A stretch of DNA of 64,000 bases. It comes from the human T2T-CHM13v2.0 reference genome, Homo sapiens. The notes under the pieces are model-generated. The model saw only the letters and a list, made by a program, of their open reading frames with translations. It made no database searches and was not told the DNA's origin. Below, in pieces: positions 30,458 through 47,261 of this stretch. The translations under genes were made by a program, and so were the position numbers. The stretch lies in NCBI RefSeq assembly GCF_009914755.1, contig NC_060937.1; one strand, 5' to 3'. The first letter of the stretch is position 1, and each line of letters opens with the position of its first letter.

Positions 30458-32149
30458 TCCAAATTTAAAGAGTCATATATTAGGGTTGGGGCAGCTGTAG
30501 GCTAGAGGATAAAAGAAATAGAAAACTTCCGTCATTTTAGCGTGGGTGATGTGTTACGAAAGAGGTTCATGTGAATGTTCTGGACATTCCTGACAAAGAA
30601 CAGAATGTCATGAGGCAGTGGAAGTTGTGCATTTTGGGATGTTGACACTTCCATCCTAGACCAGGCCCATGACCACATACTCCGCTCTCCTCAGCCTCAG
30701 GGATAGGCAACACCTTACTGATGGTGTCCTTATAGTAAATGTGCTTGTGCTTCTATTTATATTCAGAATCCATTTCACTCTGCTTGCTTAGTGATTGTAT
30801 TGCTTTCAGGATCATTTCATAGTATATAAGTTATGGGTGTATCTCAATTACAAATACACAAGCAAATAAACCAACAAATAAAAAGGCAAAAGCACCATGA
30901 CTATTTCATAGAATCAGAGCTAAAAATAAGCCTCTCTGGCTTCCCAGCTGGGCTGTTGTAATATTAGAGATGATTAGTGCCACTTCATTCATTCACTCAT
31001 TTTTTTAGATTGTCTTGCTAGCTTCAGTCACCTCCAGGGATCAATACATAGATATCTGATTTACTAATTGTTAGATGTTATGGGAGTCGCATTTTGTCTC
31101 AAGTCTAGCCTGTCATGATGGGTGCGAGGTTGCCTGTGATAGCACGCTAAAACGGGCCTTAGAAGGATGTCGTGTTCTTTTCAGTGGCTGTTATATTTCC
31201 AGAACCGTTGTCTACATTCTCATGATAGATATTGACTCTTAAGTTCCAAAGGTCTAGAAACACTTAGGAAAGTTTGGTGAGCAATAAACCCTAGAAAAAA
31301 GATAAACCATGACCCCCAAGCAAGCTAAACAAACCCCAGAAATGTAATTTAATACTGCTCATTAGTGCATTTTAAAGTAAGGAATATAGTTAGATTCACT
31401 TAAGAAATAAGGATTCTTGGACATTCATGAAATACACAATATTCAAAAAGCATATTAGGTAATTCAGTAGATGGTAGGGGAAGCAACCTGGGGAAAGAGA
31501 AAAGAAAAGGGTAGAAGGAGATGGAAATTTAGTGAAAGAGCCTCACACGGGAGTCACATTCTCTTGCTATTCTGGACCTCCTCTTTGTTAGTGGACTCCC
31601 ATCTTCAGCTTCACACGGGAGATGCCATACCCAATCCAGCACGTCCAAACTACAGCTTACTATCTTCTCCATTCAAAAGCACCATGTTTCCCCATGTCTC
31701 AATGTCACCTTCTTTGAGACATAAAATCTCAGAGTGATGCTTTTGCACCTTCCTCTGTATTCACTTAATTGTCAAATCTTGTTGAATTTGCTATTAAAAT
31801 GGCATTGGAAAAAATGTTCAATTTTGCCTCCCCCCTGGTGTCTGTTACAACTGAGCTTCCAACTTCCAGTATCTTTTTCTTTCTGTCCTGGATTCTGCTA
31901 TCAGAATTTTCTTTCTATGCCAAAAGTTCTCCATCTTTTATGTGCTGTGACACTCAAGATAGATTACTTTCACATCAGCAACATACTCCCATGAACATAG
32001 CCAGATGTTGACACATTGTATGTATAAATAAAACAAATATTGCAGTTTTTCAGTGCAATATTCATTAAAATCTTTTAAAATCATGCATGTAATGAAATCA
32101 GCCATTTGAAAATATCAAAAAGTGTCATTTAACTGAACAAATAAATAAA

Positions 32150-33890
<1,741 letters not shown>

Positions 33891-34499
33891 ATATTTTAAC
33901 AAAATAATCTTATGTAAAAAAGTGAAATATCTACTTACACTTTATGTGTTTTTCTGTATATATGTTTTACATTTTCTAATAAAAAAGTTTTAATAATTTT
34001 GAGCTTTTTTCAGATCTCAATAACATATATCACTTTTTAAAAAGCAGTTACATACTATTAAAGAATAACTACACAAACCTTTACTTTAAAAGATTTATAG
34101 TAATTGAACTTACATCATTTCAACTTACCATTCAATATGACTACAGTAAGTCAATTTCACTTTAATAATTACTTGGCCTTTGCTTTTCTTCACCTGAATG
34201 AAATATTTCTGGAATTATTCTAACCTAGGTGCAATGCATAAGTGAATGAAAGTTGATTAGGCATTTTAAATCCTTTTTTGCCTTTCTAAATTCTCTATAG
34301 TTTAAGATGAGAAGTTTTTATGACTATAATAAATTGATGTTAGTATTAGTACTAGTAGAATGGTGATGGAGGCTTTTAACTAGTGCTGCATTACAGATAG
34401 GCAGTCCAAGGGCAATAACAATCACATAAGCAGGGGCTGCTTATAATTTTGCCCCTCTTACACAAAATAACTTGAATGCAAGTGATTGGAAGGTACGTC

Positions 34500-34925
34500 A
34501 TTGTAGGTTCATATTTTGGCAGAGATATTTACTGCTTTCAGAATACCCATGAGCTTCCCCACACTTGCCAACCCTCCTGCAGTTACGTGAGGCCACGCAA
34601 CCACTTCTAGGGAATGAGCCACGAGTGGAAGTGAAATATATTCCCTCTTGAGCCAAGGCATCTGAGAGCTGGTGCCTAACGCTTCTGTGCTGTTTTCCTC
34701 CAGTGCAGCAAATGTTAAACCGTGCATTGCAGATGGTACCGTTGTGAGATATAAAAGCCCCAATCTCTGAACTGTTATTGCAAGGATACCATTGAATGCA
34801 GTTTAGTTTCATAAGGCAGTGGTCTTGTATATAAAACATCACTTTCTATTTGTTAGCACTGATACTCTAGGGATTGTTTGTACTGATGTTCCACAGCATA
34901 ACATACCCATCCAACCAATCGATGC
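34500..34925 (+). mobile_element. Old MaLR solo LTR (MLT1I/J-like)
   Basis: cctgcagttacgtgaggccacg..gagtggaagtga; gattgtttg..cagcataac. Confidence 0.55.
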
Positions 34926-35029
34926 AGGTATTACCCAGATTGACACATTTCTTGAGGTGGGGGGGTGGGAGCTCTGTAAAATCACTAAAAGATTAAAAAA
35001 GATTTCTGTCATAATACAAAGAAAATTCG

Positions 35030-35694
<665 letters not shown>

Positions 35695-35699
35695 TTAGA

Positions 35700-35850
35700 G
35701 CCCTGCTTTTTAAACTGTGGTCCAGCAACATTGGCATCATCTTGATGGGAACTCACTAGAAGATCAGGTCCTGCCCAGACCTATGAATTTGCATTTTAAC
35801 AGGACACTTGGTGATCTGTGCATGCAGATTTAAGGTGAAGAATCATTGAT
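35700..35850. mobile_element. MER5-type hAT MITE
   Basis: aaactgtggtcc..ggcatca..cccagacct..tgcattttaaca..ggtgat. Confidence 0.65.
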
Positions 35851-36336
35851 TTAGATGGTCACCTGTAAACAGTGATGACTCTCAACTTCAGTGTTCAGTT
35901 GGCTTCTATGTTTACTCTTTCCTTGCAGTAGTTCTATTTGAATGGCAGAGGCTAACAAGAAAAGGAGAAAGGCAGACTATATACACTAAAATTAAATATT
36001 TAACCTAGTGAATCTCCATGAATCCTTTTACTAGTTCAACGAGAGAGAAATGGTGGGAGATTGAAGTTAGCACATGGCACCCTGCATTTTAGGCAGATGA
36101 CACTTAAGAGAACTTGCAATGTGACTATAAGAGCTATATTCATATTGCAAACAGTGGCCTCTTTTTGCAATCATCAATCATATTATATTTCTGTTATTGA
36201 GTTTTATTGGCTTAAATAAAAAGCTTCCTTTTTATTTAATTTATAGGTGAGATGGGATTTTAGAGATGTTTTATAGGTGTAAGCATAAGGAATTTATCCA
36301 TTGTTTGATGTTTGCACATCAGATTTGTAATAAAAA

Positions 36337-36810
36337 TGATCAGTTTCTTATGGCTGCTGAAACAAATTTCCACCACCTTGGTGTTTTAAAATAAAATAAA
36401 TGTATTATTTCACAGTTGTGCAGACCCGAAGTCTCAAATTACTATCACTCGGCTGAAATCAAGGCATGAGCAGGGCCACACTCCCTTGGGAGTCTCCCTT
36501 GGGAGACTTCGGTAGAATCTGTTCCTTGCCTCTTCTGGCTTGTGGTGGCTGCCAGGGTTCCTTGGCTTGTGGCCACATCCTCAAATCTTTGTCTTCTCCA
36601 ACTTCACTTGCTTTGTCCTCTTTGTGTGTCAATTTGTCCTTTGCCTTCCTCTGGAAAATCCAGAATAGTCTCACATCTCAAATTTCTCAACTTAATCACA
36701 TCCCCACACCCCTTCCCCACTTTTTTGCAATTGAAAATAACATGTACAGGTTCCAGAGAACAGGACATGGATATCCTTGAGGGTGGAGATACATTTTTCA
36801 GCCAATCATA
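36337..36810 (-). mobile_element. MaLR solo LTR (MLT1C/D-like)
   Basis: ggctgctgaaacaaatttccac..ggctgaaatcaagg..agaatctgttccttgcctctt..ccttggcttgtggcc. Confidence 0.82.
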
Positions 36811-38480
36811 AAAACTTACAATGAAGATGATTGGCCAATATTATAAAGTTTGCTTTGCTTTTTTGATTTGTTTTAGGGTTCATTATCACACAACTTTGAG
36901 AAACTCCATTATTATGGTAATAATATTGATTGTACTTTAATTTTATGGCAAAGCATTTAGAAAATTTGGTACTTGTTACATTCTATCACAAAGTCAGTGA
37001 CACACATCACAGCGTTAGCAATATCTTGGATATTAGTACTTGTTCTAAAAGAAAGATGGAATCACATCATTCCTTCTCAGTTGGCATTTAATGACTTTGA
37101 CAACCTAGCTCTCAGCTGCCTTTATAATTTTATTTATTTATTTATTTTAACGCACTTCTCCATTTTTTTCTCTTTCTTCTTTATCTCTCCCCTCTTCATG
37201 CAGACATTGGTGGCACCATGCAGGTAAAAATAGTGGGGGATAATTGTCAGAAATCTAGCTCAAACCAAAGTTTACCAAACCCATTCAGTTAAGGGGGGTG
37301 GTGTGGCAGAGGAGGTGGCCAGCAGAAGCAGAGGTTTGAGATGAGGGAGTCGGAGGTGGTGTTAAATGTCACCATAGACGTGATTAGCACCTTCATTGAC
37401 GCAAGACAACATTGAAACCCCACTAGGTATTAGGAGTGGCTGATGTACAACTGGTAGCTAATCTTGTAATGATTCTAGAGGAAGAGTTGAATTCTGAGTA
37501 TGAACATCTCAAAGGGGTCTCAGGGATGGGTCTGTGGCTGGTGCAGAAGCTCACATTGACTTATTTTTGGATTTATTGGTATGTTTGTCTCTTCTACCTG
37601 GATAATCATTGAATTCTTACCTGGTAAAATTTGATAAGATAAGGGATCATATTCATTTCGCCTTTGTATCAAGAGTCATGAAGACTAAACTGCTTTGCAC
37701 ACAGTAGGAACTCCTTAAATATGCTGATTGTGAACACCTTCCTTTGGGTCAGATACCATTTCACACATATAATGATTTCCACCAGAGGACTGAAATTTTC
37801 CTAGAAAAAGAAGCTTTAAGAAAAAAAAGGTTTAATCTGAAAACTTACTAGAGATTCAGAGCCCAAGCTGGAGATTATAAGATTTTTGGCTAAGTTCGAA
37901 GATAACTATTGTAACAACTCGAGAGATGTTTTAGGTCAGTTGTGTGGGTGTCTCTACTGCACCCTGGAAATTCTCCTCATGTGTTGTGTCGTGCTTTATT
38001 CTCAGAGATTATTTTTGAGTTAGACTAGGATATGGTCCAATACTAGAAATTTATTATAGAGGAAAAATAATGCTGCCCGAGAATTACATGGACTACATTT
38101 TAAATTTAAAATAAATCCAAGCCACTTTGTCTTGGAAGACTAACTCCAGATCTCAGTTATGCGTTTACTTTTGGAAGCTCTTTTCAGGTTGATGGTCTCT
38201 TGATATAAAATATTCATGGTCAGTTCAATTTCTTTAGTGACCATTGAGGGTGAAGCTAATCAGTAACACAGTATAAGCAATGTGATGAATATAGTTCCAT
38301 TTGTGGTTGTGATAATATCCTACCTCACATGCTTCAAACCAGATACAGAATGATTTGATCCTTGAGTTTAACTCTTCTTCATGAATTTGAATCCAAGGGC
38401 ACTGAATACAAAAGACCACTTAATAAGTCTTCTTCATAGGGTCTATGACAACTGTTCAGTATGTGGGCAGGCTGGGCACT

Positions 38481-38543
38481 CAAGTGGGGAATAGGAAAGA
38501 TCCAAGTGGGAAATAGGAAGGACCCAAATTGGAAACAGGAAAG
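38481..38543. repeat. 22-bp unit tandem repeat, about 3 copies
   Basis: caagtggggaataggaaagatc / caagtgggaaataggaaggacc / caaattggaaacaggaaag. Confidence 0.85.
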
Positions 38544-38564
38544 CTTACGAAGAGAGTCGGCTTA

Positions 38565-38986
38565 GATACTACTTTCCCATGGCTGATGTAATAAAGTACC
38601 ATAAACCCAATGGATTAAAACAACAGAAATAATTTTCTTATAGTTCTTCAGGCTCGAAGTTTGAATCAAGTGTCAGCAGAGCCAGTTTTTCCAAGGGCTC
38701 TGGGAAGAATCCTCTTCCTAGCTTCTGGTGATGGCCATGGATCCTTTGCACTCCTTGGCTTGCAGGTGCATCAGTGCTGTCTCTGCCTCTGTCATTCCCT
38801 GGCGTCCTCTCCAAGTCCCTGTGTCTTCACATTGGATCAAGGGCCCTTCCTATGCAGTATGGCTTCATCTCAGTGGAGCTAAATACACCTGCAATGACCC
38901 AATTTTCAAATTAGGTCACATTCTGAGGTACAGGGGGTTAGCACTTCAAACATGCCTTTTGGGGGAACACAATTCAACCCCTAAGA
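38565..38986 (-). mobile_element. MaLR solo LTR (MLT1B/C-like)
   Basis: ttaaaacaacagaaat..ctagcttctggtg..ggtcacattctgaggtac..gggggaacacaattcaaccc. Confidence 0.85.
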
Positions 38987-40079
38987 GCTTCTGATGAAGA
39001 ATTTCTTTCCAGAAATACTGCTGTTGATATTTAGAGCAGCATTTTTCACAAGTAATTTTTGATATTTGCAGCTACTGGAAGAGAAGGAAAATTTACTCAC
39101 AGGTTTTAAAAAACAAAATCACAGAATCTTAGGGCTGGAAGGGAACTCAGAAAACCTGAAGTCTGGTCATTTTCTTTTCTATTTAAAAGGATAAAAATAA
39201 CACATGCTCATGATAAAAAAAATCCATTTGTATGGAAGAATAGAATTCTCTGCTCATACTCTCTTCTTGTTCTTAGGAAAGTATCAGTGTTGATTTTCAT
39301 AATGATTTTTCCTGAAATATTCTGTTTATTTAAGAATATATATGCATATATCCATGTACGTATATATGCATGCCCATGTATACACATACAGACATGTGTA
39401 TACATACATATGTGTGTGTATAAATGGAGTTATACTGAATACATTCTTGTACAATTTATCTTTTTTATTTTCTAAGACTTGCAGTCCAAGTGTATAGCAC
39501 ACCAATTTTCAAAATGAGCTTTGTACAGCCCTGGGCTCTCCACAGGTGTTTCTGGGGCAATGAAAGTTAAACATTTATTTTTGCCAAACAATTTAAATAT
39601 ATACTACCTGAAAGTCCCTTTCTACCACTTTTATTTCTGTATTTATTTAATATTTGGAAATTCTTTAATAGAATTTTATTTAAAATAGGAGTTTTATTGA
39701 AGAAAATGGGTGGAGTAGAATATGATAGAAAGACTAGATTAAAAAGGATTCATCAATTTTAATCCCTTTGCTTTATTGCTTAGGAAATATAGGCCCAGAG
39801 AGGGTAATTAAAGGGAGCAGTGAGTGCATCCCACCCTGCCCAGAGTCCTCCACCAGCAGAGGGTTCACCTACACTTGCTGGACGTCTGATGCAGATTAGC
39901 GAGGACTTCTTACTTCTTGCTGTTTTTTTCTTGAAGTGTGGGCCACTTGGCTTTATGATCTTTGTATCAGAATTTTGGAGAAGAACTAGGGTTGGAATTT
40001 TGTTGCAGGGGTGTGGGTAAAAGAGAGAAGGTAGCTTAGGAGATCACACAGAGAGACTGAACAGAGTGGAGGAGGGCTG

Positions 40080-40420
40080 AAGCCCAGAGGCCCTATGGAG
40101 GAGAAGAAAATGGGGAATGAGCAGCTGGGGAGCGCTGGGGAAGACACAGTGGGCACAAGGAATGAAAGCTGACAGGTGAGGAGATTGTTGGCCAGACACT
40201 GAGGCCCCTAAGTTGCAGATATGATGGAGAGAAGCGAATCTGGATAGTGAGTTTTAAACTCTGGTGTAGGGGATGAGGAAGGAATGAAAAGGAGATGAAG
40301 GTCATCATAGGTGACCGTGTGGGAGACTCCATGTGGATAGTCAAGAATTTCATGATGTTGGTGGCAGTTGGGATGTAGATTGCCATCGACACCTTATGAA
40401 GAAGGCTTCCATAACTGGAG
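40080..40420 (-). mobile_element. Possible L2 internal (endonuclease region) relic
   Basis: Purine-rich tract with atgtggatagtcaagaatttcatgatg, resembling the antisense of the ILGDFNIH-coding region. Confidence 0.35.
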
Positions 40421-42107
40421 GATGCTGACATGCCTAGATCTCGGCACTGCAAGGAGCGATGGTTGCAGTGTTCGGACTAGTCTTCGGTCCTGAGAGTCTC
40501 AGGAGGAAACAGATGACTCCCCTGAAGCAACCTGGGCAGGAGTCAAATACTCATGAGGTCCTGGCACCTCGCTGAGGAGATTGCTCTGCTCTTTGGCTGG
40601 CAGAACCTACATCATGGCTCTGTGGGCAGTCACTGAGAAACTCAACATGGCTCCTAACGGAGAAGGGGCCAACCTTGATAGAGTCTGTAAGGCTCAGTGT
40701 TATCAACAGAGTCCTATTATCTCATGCCCAGGCATTCACTTGGTTCGTTTAGGTCAGTATATTTCAATTAGCCACACCAGTACACTTTCCATTTTCAGCT
40801 CACGGTTTTGAATGCATCCTCTTGCTATCCTCTGAGAATGTCAAAGGCTAAGAGTGCTATAAAAGTGGTAGATAGGAAAGATGAGTTGAACTTTTACCCA
40901 CCAGGCTATTAACCTGTGGCTTTCTTTTATTTTCATTATCTTTAGCATGTGGAAAACTTTCCATTATGTATTATTGTAAAGCGATGTGTAGAAGATGTGG
41001 CTTTTGATGAAAAGTGCCCCCTTGATAGATAAAAGAGGATGCCAATTACCTAAGCCCAGAGCAATAAGGTGTCAAGGATCACTCCAGTTCCTCCTGTCAG
41101 ACCACTTTAATTGTGCTCTGTGACGGAGTGATAGGAATATAGATAAGGAGAATACATAGACAATCTGTGTGGACTTAAGGCTTTTGATCATGGATAGCAC
41201 CTAGCAACTGACTCTGCACCAATGTTAAGAGTAAATAATGCCAGGACCAGAATTGCTTAATAGTTTAATAAATAATCTATTAAACTAAAGAACTTGGAAG
41301 GCATTTGTTGTGACCATCCACACTAAAATAGATACGCTTGTTGTGTTTGGGAAGGGAAGAAGGAATGGACTTTAAAATAACCCTGAAGAATTCGAAAAAT
41401 TACATCACGAAATAGAAGGACAGTCAAAGAGATCATTTTATGGCAATAGATTTATAATGCACTGATTGGTTTTATTTCTTACCTTTGAACCACATTCATG
41501 ACTGTAAATCTTTTTGATAGTTTTTCAACATTGAAATATTTTTTTTAGAAATGGTCTTAAATAAAAAAAGTCCATGGTAATATAATGACAGAACTGATTT
41601 TTTCCCATTTTCTAGGTGCTCCGTATCAATTTTTTACTAAACTATCTCTAGTGAGAAGACAGGTTTCTAAATTCCCAATTCATTGTGAAACCGTGCAAAA
41701 GAAATGAAGCACTAGGAAAATGAAAGTTTAAAAAGGTGTACAAAATACAAGTGTTAATTTTTTTATTACTGGATTCGACAGACCTAAAATCACTCTGTCA
41801 AACTGTTCTAAATGCTTCCTCTCAATTGCAGTGCCTGTCTACTGCAGGAAGGTAATTGCTTTGGACCGATGTCATAGCACTGAGAAGCAGGTCTATATTT
41901 TAAGCTCTCCCAGCAAAGAAGTCTTCAGTCCAGCCTCTGGTGACCACCAAGTGCTTGTCAGGGAAGAACAGCTTGCTTTCCAGCAGCGAGCCCTCTAAGA
42001 GCTCATCCTAACAGGGCTCACAATTTGAGGCTAAATTTCTGGTGAATTGGGTGCCAGCTAACTCTACTTCTCCTTAATTTGGTTTGAAGCCTCTTTTATT
42101 AAATTAC

Positions 42108-42242
42108 TATTTTTATTGTTTTTGTGGAGATGAGTTCTCCCCATGTTGCCCAGGCTGGTCTTGAACGTTTGGGTTCAAACAATCCATTCATCTCAGCTTC
42201 TCAAAGTCCTGGGATTACAGGTATGCGCCATTGTGCCCAGCC
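42108..42242 (-). mobile_element. FLAM / Alu left monomer
   Basis: atgttgcccaggctggtcttgaac..gggattacagg..gcccagcc; no right arm. Confidence 0.88.
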
Positions 42243-42899
42243 TAAAGTTATTATTTTTAAATGTGCAGTAATGAATTTGATAGTTTGCAAATGCTTTTTT
42301 ATTTCCCACAACCATTTATTGCTGAATAATTTTCAACATGTATTCCAGTTTCAATCCTGGATTTTTCAAAAAAATTTATCCTTGGGAATTCTCTCATTAT
42401 CCTTACTTTATATATTTCTTGTTGCTCAACAAGAAAAATATCTTTGTGTCTTTCCCTATGCTGCTAAATTCCATTCTGTTTATTATTTCAGCGTTACAGT
42501 ATGAGTTCTAACACTGTTGCTAAAGGGGATAATTTTGCCTCTTAGATTATTGTCGGTTCATTTAAGAAGTGAATAGTCTATTTCCTATGTGGTAAAATTG
42601 AACATATTAAATAGTACTAGATCCCAAACTGACCTCTTAGAAAATCCTATTTTATTAAGCTGTAAAATTGAAATGTAATTATAATAAATTGGTTAATATT
42701 TGAGTAAAGCACCACAATTATGTCTGTGCCCATGTAACTTTATTATGACCTCTTGTCCTAGTTCATATTTACTCAGATTATATAGGAATGTTAAAGAGAC
42801 AATAAACTTTAATAGTGAAGAAATATGTTGCCATTTCTGCCCTCTAATTTGCCAGGCTATCACTATCATAAGAAGAAATTATAAAACTTTGACAGTCTT

Positions 42900-43210
42900 T
42901 TGCTTCCCAACAGTCAGTGAATTATTATCTCGCATGATGAGCTCTCCTCAGTGCTTGCAAATTGATTTTTGGATGATTTGTTCCAGTTTTTTCAGGTAAG
43001 GAAAATAAGCCGACGTCTGTAGTTCCAGGGTTATCGTTCATCCCATTTTTAAATCTAGACACTACATTTGCCCTCTTCAAGTCCTCTGGTATCTCTCCAG
43101 TGTCCTCCATGTGTTCTTAAAAATAATCACTGGTGGCCTTATGAATATTTCAGACAAGGTCTCAAAGTGCTCTGAAGTATGCAGTTGTTAGTCCCCTGAA
43201 TTTGAACAAA
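42900..43210 (-). mobile_element. CR1/L3 LINE ORF2 relic
   Basis: Translation TGEIPEDLKRANVVSRFKNGMNDNPG resembles CR1 TGEVPEDWKRANVVPIFKKG..DPG. Confidence 0.8.
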
Positions 43211-46200
43211 TGTTCCCTTTTCCAATGCTTTTTAAAGTAGAAGGAAGCAGGAAACAGCATAATGAAGAGGATAAAGAAAGAAAGTCATTAAATTACAGAA
43301 GCCTATCTGCTTCTGAGAGAGGATCACCAACCAGGTTTTCATAGAAAGGGTCCATGACAATGCAATATTTTTTCTTGTAAAAACAGAACATGATACTCAA
43401 ATAGTGGTTTGTACATTTTTGTGCCCCTCTCCCACAATGAACGTATAATATCAACAGCACTTGTCGCTCTTACCAAGACTTCAACTCCAATTGCAAATCT
43501 ATACAGCCCATATTCTAGAAGTCCAGGCCCTTGACAAAAGCTGTCTCAGTGCATCAGAACAAAACCTGATACTTACATGCTAGGGAAAGGGACCATGAAT
43601 TCCCTGAAGGCAGAGACTGTGTTTCCGGGAGAACTCCAGGACATTGATTAAGCACTGAGTGAATGACTGCACAGCTCTGGGGGTCAGCTCTGCTTGGAGA
43701 TTTGGCCCAGGTGACCATGTGGCCTGACTTCAACCCCTGGGAGGTGCAGGTTCTTTTCATTTATTAGGATGCTCTCTGATGCCCTTCCCAGAAACCACCT
43801 CTATGTCCTCACTCACTCATGGGAATGGAATTTAGGACAGAACTCTTTTTAGATTTCCATTAACCTGTCAGGACCAACCTAATGAAGGTCTTAAACTTTC
43901 AGGAAGTCCTGTGTATTTACATCTGATTTCAAAGTGGTTTGCCACCACTGCAGCAATAAGAACCAGAGGTACAGGGGCCTCAGATTCAGTTTTATGTATC
44001 TGTGTCTTCTGGTACCTACTCCTGAAAAATGGTTGTTGAACTAGTCATCTGGCAAGCTCAGTTTACGGGTTAATTTGCTTATAAAATATTTAAGGAAAGA
44101 ATATCTGTTTCCTGAAGCACATAGACATTTACATACATAAATCTGGCTACTTGGAGCAGATAATTTTGCAAGATTCTTCCTAAATCTACAATTCTGGGAG
44201 AAATAGAATGCATGTTTTCTAGGCTTTCACAACCATCTGGAGTTGTGGGGGTGAGAAAACTGCATTTACTGAATGAAGCTCTAAGTCTCCCTGCTAAAGC
44301 CAACCTTCCTCCCCTATTTACCCAGCCCTTCTCATAGCAAAACGTTGACAGGTAGACCAGAGGTGTAATTCATGAACCTCTTCAGCATTAAATATGAAAC
44401 ATCACTTCTACAATTCTCCAGTTGCCCAAGGGAGTGCATCATTGATAATCCATTTTTATTCAAATCCCAATGAGGAACATTTGACACATGAGATGCATCA
44501 ATTATACTCAAGGACCTAATGATCAATGAACAGACCAGCCATGTGTTTAGCATGCTTGGACTACTACTCTATCTTAGTACTTTGAGATTAAGATAACGAA
44601 GGTTTAGATGCCATTGCCTTCATATATTCACGTCCTTCCATCAGAGGGAATGGGAAGTCCATTTGGTCATACCATGCATTTTCAGTTTCATTTGGCCCAT
44701 ATGAAAAACAGATACATTCACTCTGTCAAGGCTGATGGCCATTCCCGTGTTGAATTCTGGGCATTGCTGGTTAACATACTATATATTCATTTTGTAAAAC
44801 TTATATGTTTAGAAAGCATATAATTAAAACTCGGTAGCATTTTTATGAAGAGTATAGGTGTAGCAACTGGAGAATGCAGAGACCTTAGTTTTGTGTCACC
44901 AATGGAATTTGATCTTCAACTAAAGGAAAAAAAGAAATGGAAGGCTAAAGATAAAGGAGAGACAGGGGTGGGGAGGGGGAGAGAGCAAAAGAGGGAGACT
45001 TGTTTCATCTTTTGTCCAATCGCACTGAAAAGAACTGGGCATTTGACATGTCTTGAACTGAAGCTGACCTGGCAGAGCCAATGGTAAGTAACATTTTGTT
45101 ATATCATTTAATGACCCTCACAGACTTCTATCAAGGTGTCTGAGGCAGTTTTCCTCTTTCATACAAATCTCATGGTAACCTTTGCTCCCTAGTGGTTTAA
45201 ATCACATTCTTAAGGGATTACACTGTTATGACAAAAGAAGAATGTTTAGATATTGTGCTTTGCAGCTCAAAATTTGTCAGATTAGAAACTGTGTATTTTA
45301 TAATCTTTAGATCAAAGAAGCTCTCCATCAAAGCTTTGTGTCTACTACAATATTTTCCCAACCTTTGTTGAACCTGAATTGTTTTGGATTATCTCACATT
45401 GGGTTCACTGAGTATGCCTAGACTAATGTGAAGGGAAAAGCTTTCTTCCAAACATTTTAAACATTTCACATGTACGGGACTCGGGTGCTAAGCCCCAGGT
45501 ATTAGTTTACAGAGTGGTGCAGCCTGCCTTGACAGTCTTTTTAACTCCAGTTTTATATGAGATGCTTTTTGAGATTAGTATGACAGATAAAACCCTATAG
45601 GGCAACCGTTTATCTTCCATTAAGAACACTGCTCACTTTCTTTAACAGGCTGACCAGAGTGCTCTGTAAAGAGGTCTTTTTATAGAGTTTTTACATCTCG
45701 ATGGATTAGGTATCATTACCCTGTTGGAAAAAGAACAGTTCAATTTTCTCAGAAGAATGGTTTGTCAGAGTAGAGCAGTTTGTCTTTATCCATCTCTAAA
45801 TCCAGCAATCATGTTTCCCAAATAGGCACAAAGCAATGATCATTCAAAGTTCAAATTGCCAATTAATTTAGAATCTGCTCCCTGAATTCTTTTCTTATTG
45901 TACTGCCATGAATCCACTAAAGCAAGCATGAGGCCAACATAGTGGTGTCTATTATAAATATCTTTGTATGTTTAAGGGGAAAAATCAATGCAATCTTTCT
46001 ATTAATGGAAGACATTTTACAATCATATTTTTTTAATGGATAAAACATTTCTAAGGAAAACCAAACTTAAGATTAAGTGCTTTAAAAACCACTGTTTTGG
46101 ATAATAAAAATGAGAATGCAAGAATGGTAGCATGTGGAAAATATCCAGTTGCATTTGTTTTTGCATTTAAAATGTTTTCCATTTGTATATCATAAAGTAT

Positions 46201-47014
46201 TTATATAATATGCAATTTTAAAGAGGTGAATGACGTATCATTCTATTCCAGAAAAGCAGAAGACGATTTTTTTCTTCAGTTTGTTTTTCTTCAGAACATC
46301 ACCTTCATTGTAACATGCTAATATATTTTTCAAGGGAGTCTATGAGGACCAGTTTTGAAAGGATGCTGTCATTTAATTCATTGTTACCTATAGAATCATG
46401 TTCATCACAGCAAACCCACAGAAGGGATTTCTTTCTGTTTATAGTATTAGAAATAGTTGATTGTTTTTAGCAATTGCTTTGCTCATAACTTAGGATCACT
46501 TCAACTCCCGCAACTGGTCAATTCCTCCCATCTGTCTGTCTGCTAGAACACTTCAGTCTCGCTTTGTGGCCTAGCTGCAGTGAGATGTAGAAGAATGATG
46601 GTAAACACTTTGCAATCTAACCACTCTAGATCCAATTTTACTTTGCAATCCTTCATGTTATCTTTACATTATTTTCATCAATGTATTAATTTGCTTTATT
46701 TTCTTATATTGTATGCATCGTTGTACATTAACATGCTCTTGGGTCAAGAAAAGTGTGAACAAATAAAAGCATTATCTCTGTGAATAATTATGTGAAGTAA
46801 GGAAAAAGTAAAAAATGCCAAGACACATCAACATGACTAGAGCAAGAAGTTGTATTGGTCTAGAGCAGAGTCCAACAGTTTCTCTTATTTCAGCAGGAGC
46901 TGTACGTTGACTTATGCCTGACCAAAGCCTGCTAGTAGGTTTGGGGACCTTGCTTGGTGGTCGCCAAAACATCCAGTTGAGCAGCAGGACATCTTCATAT
47001 AAAAAGGTCTGCAC

Positions 47015-47261
<247 letters not shown>

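Noticed and set aside
38481-38543. CRISPR-like array (also considered at 4801-4852 and 7596-7657)
   Set aside because: Contiguous tandem units with no unique spacers, in a eukaryotic context with no cas genes.
39851-39868. CTCF-like motif ccagcagagggttc
   Set aside because: Lacks the conserved GGC core position, so it cannot be supported.
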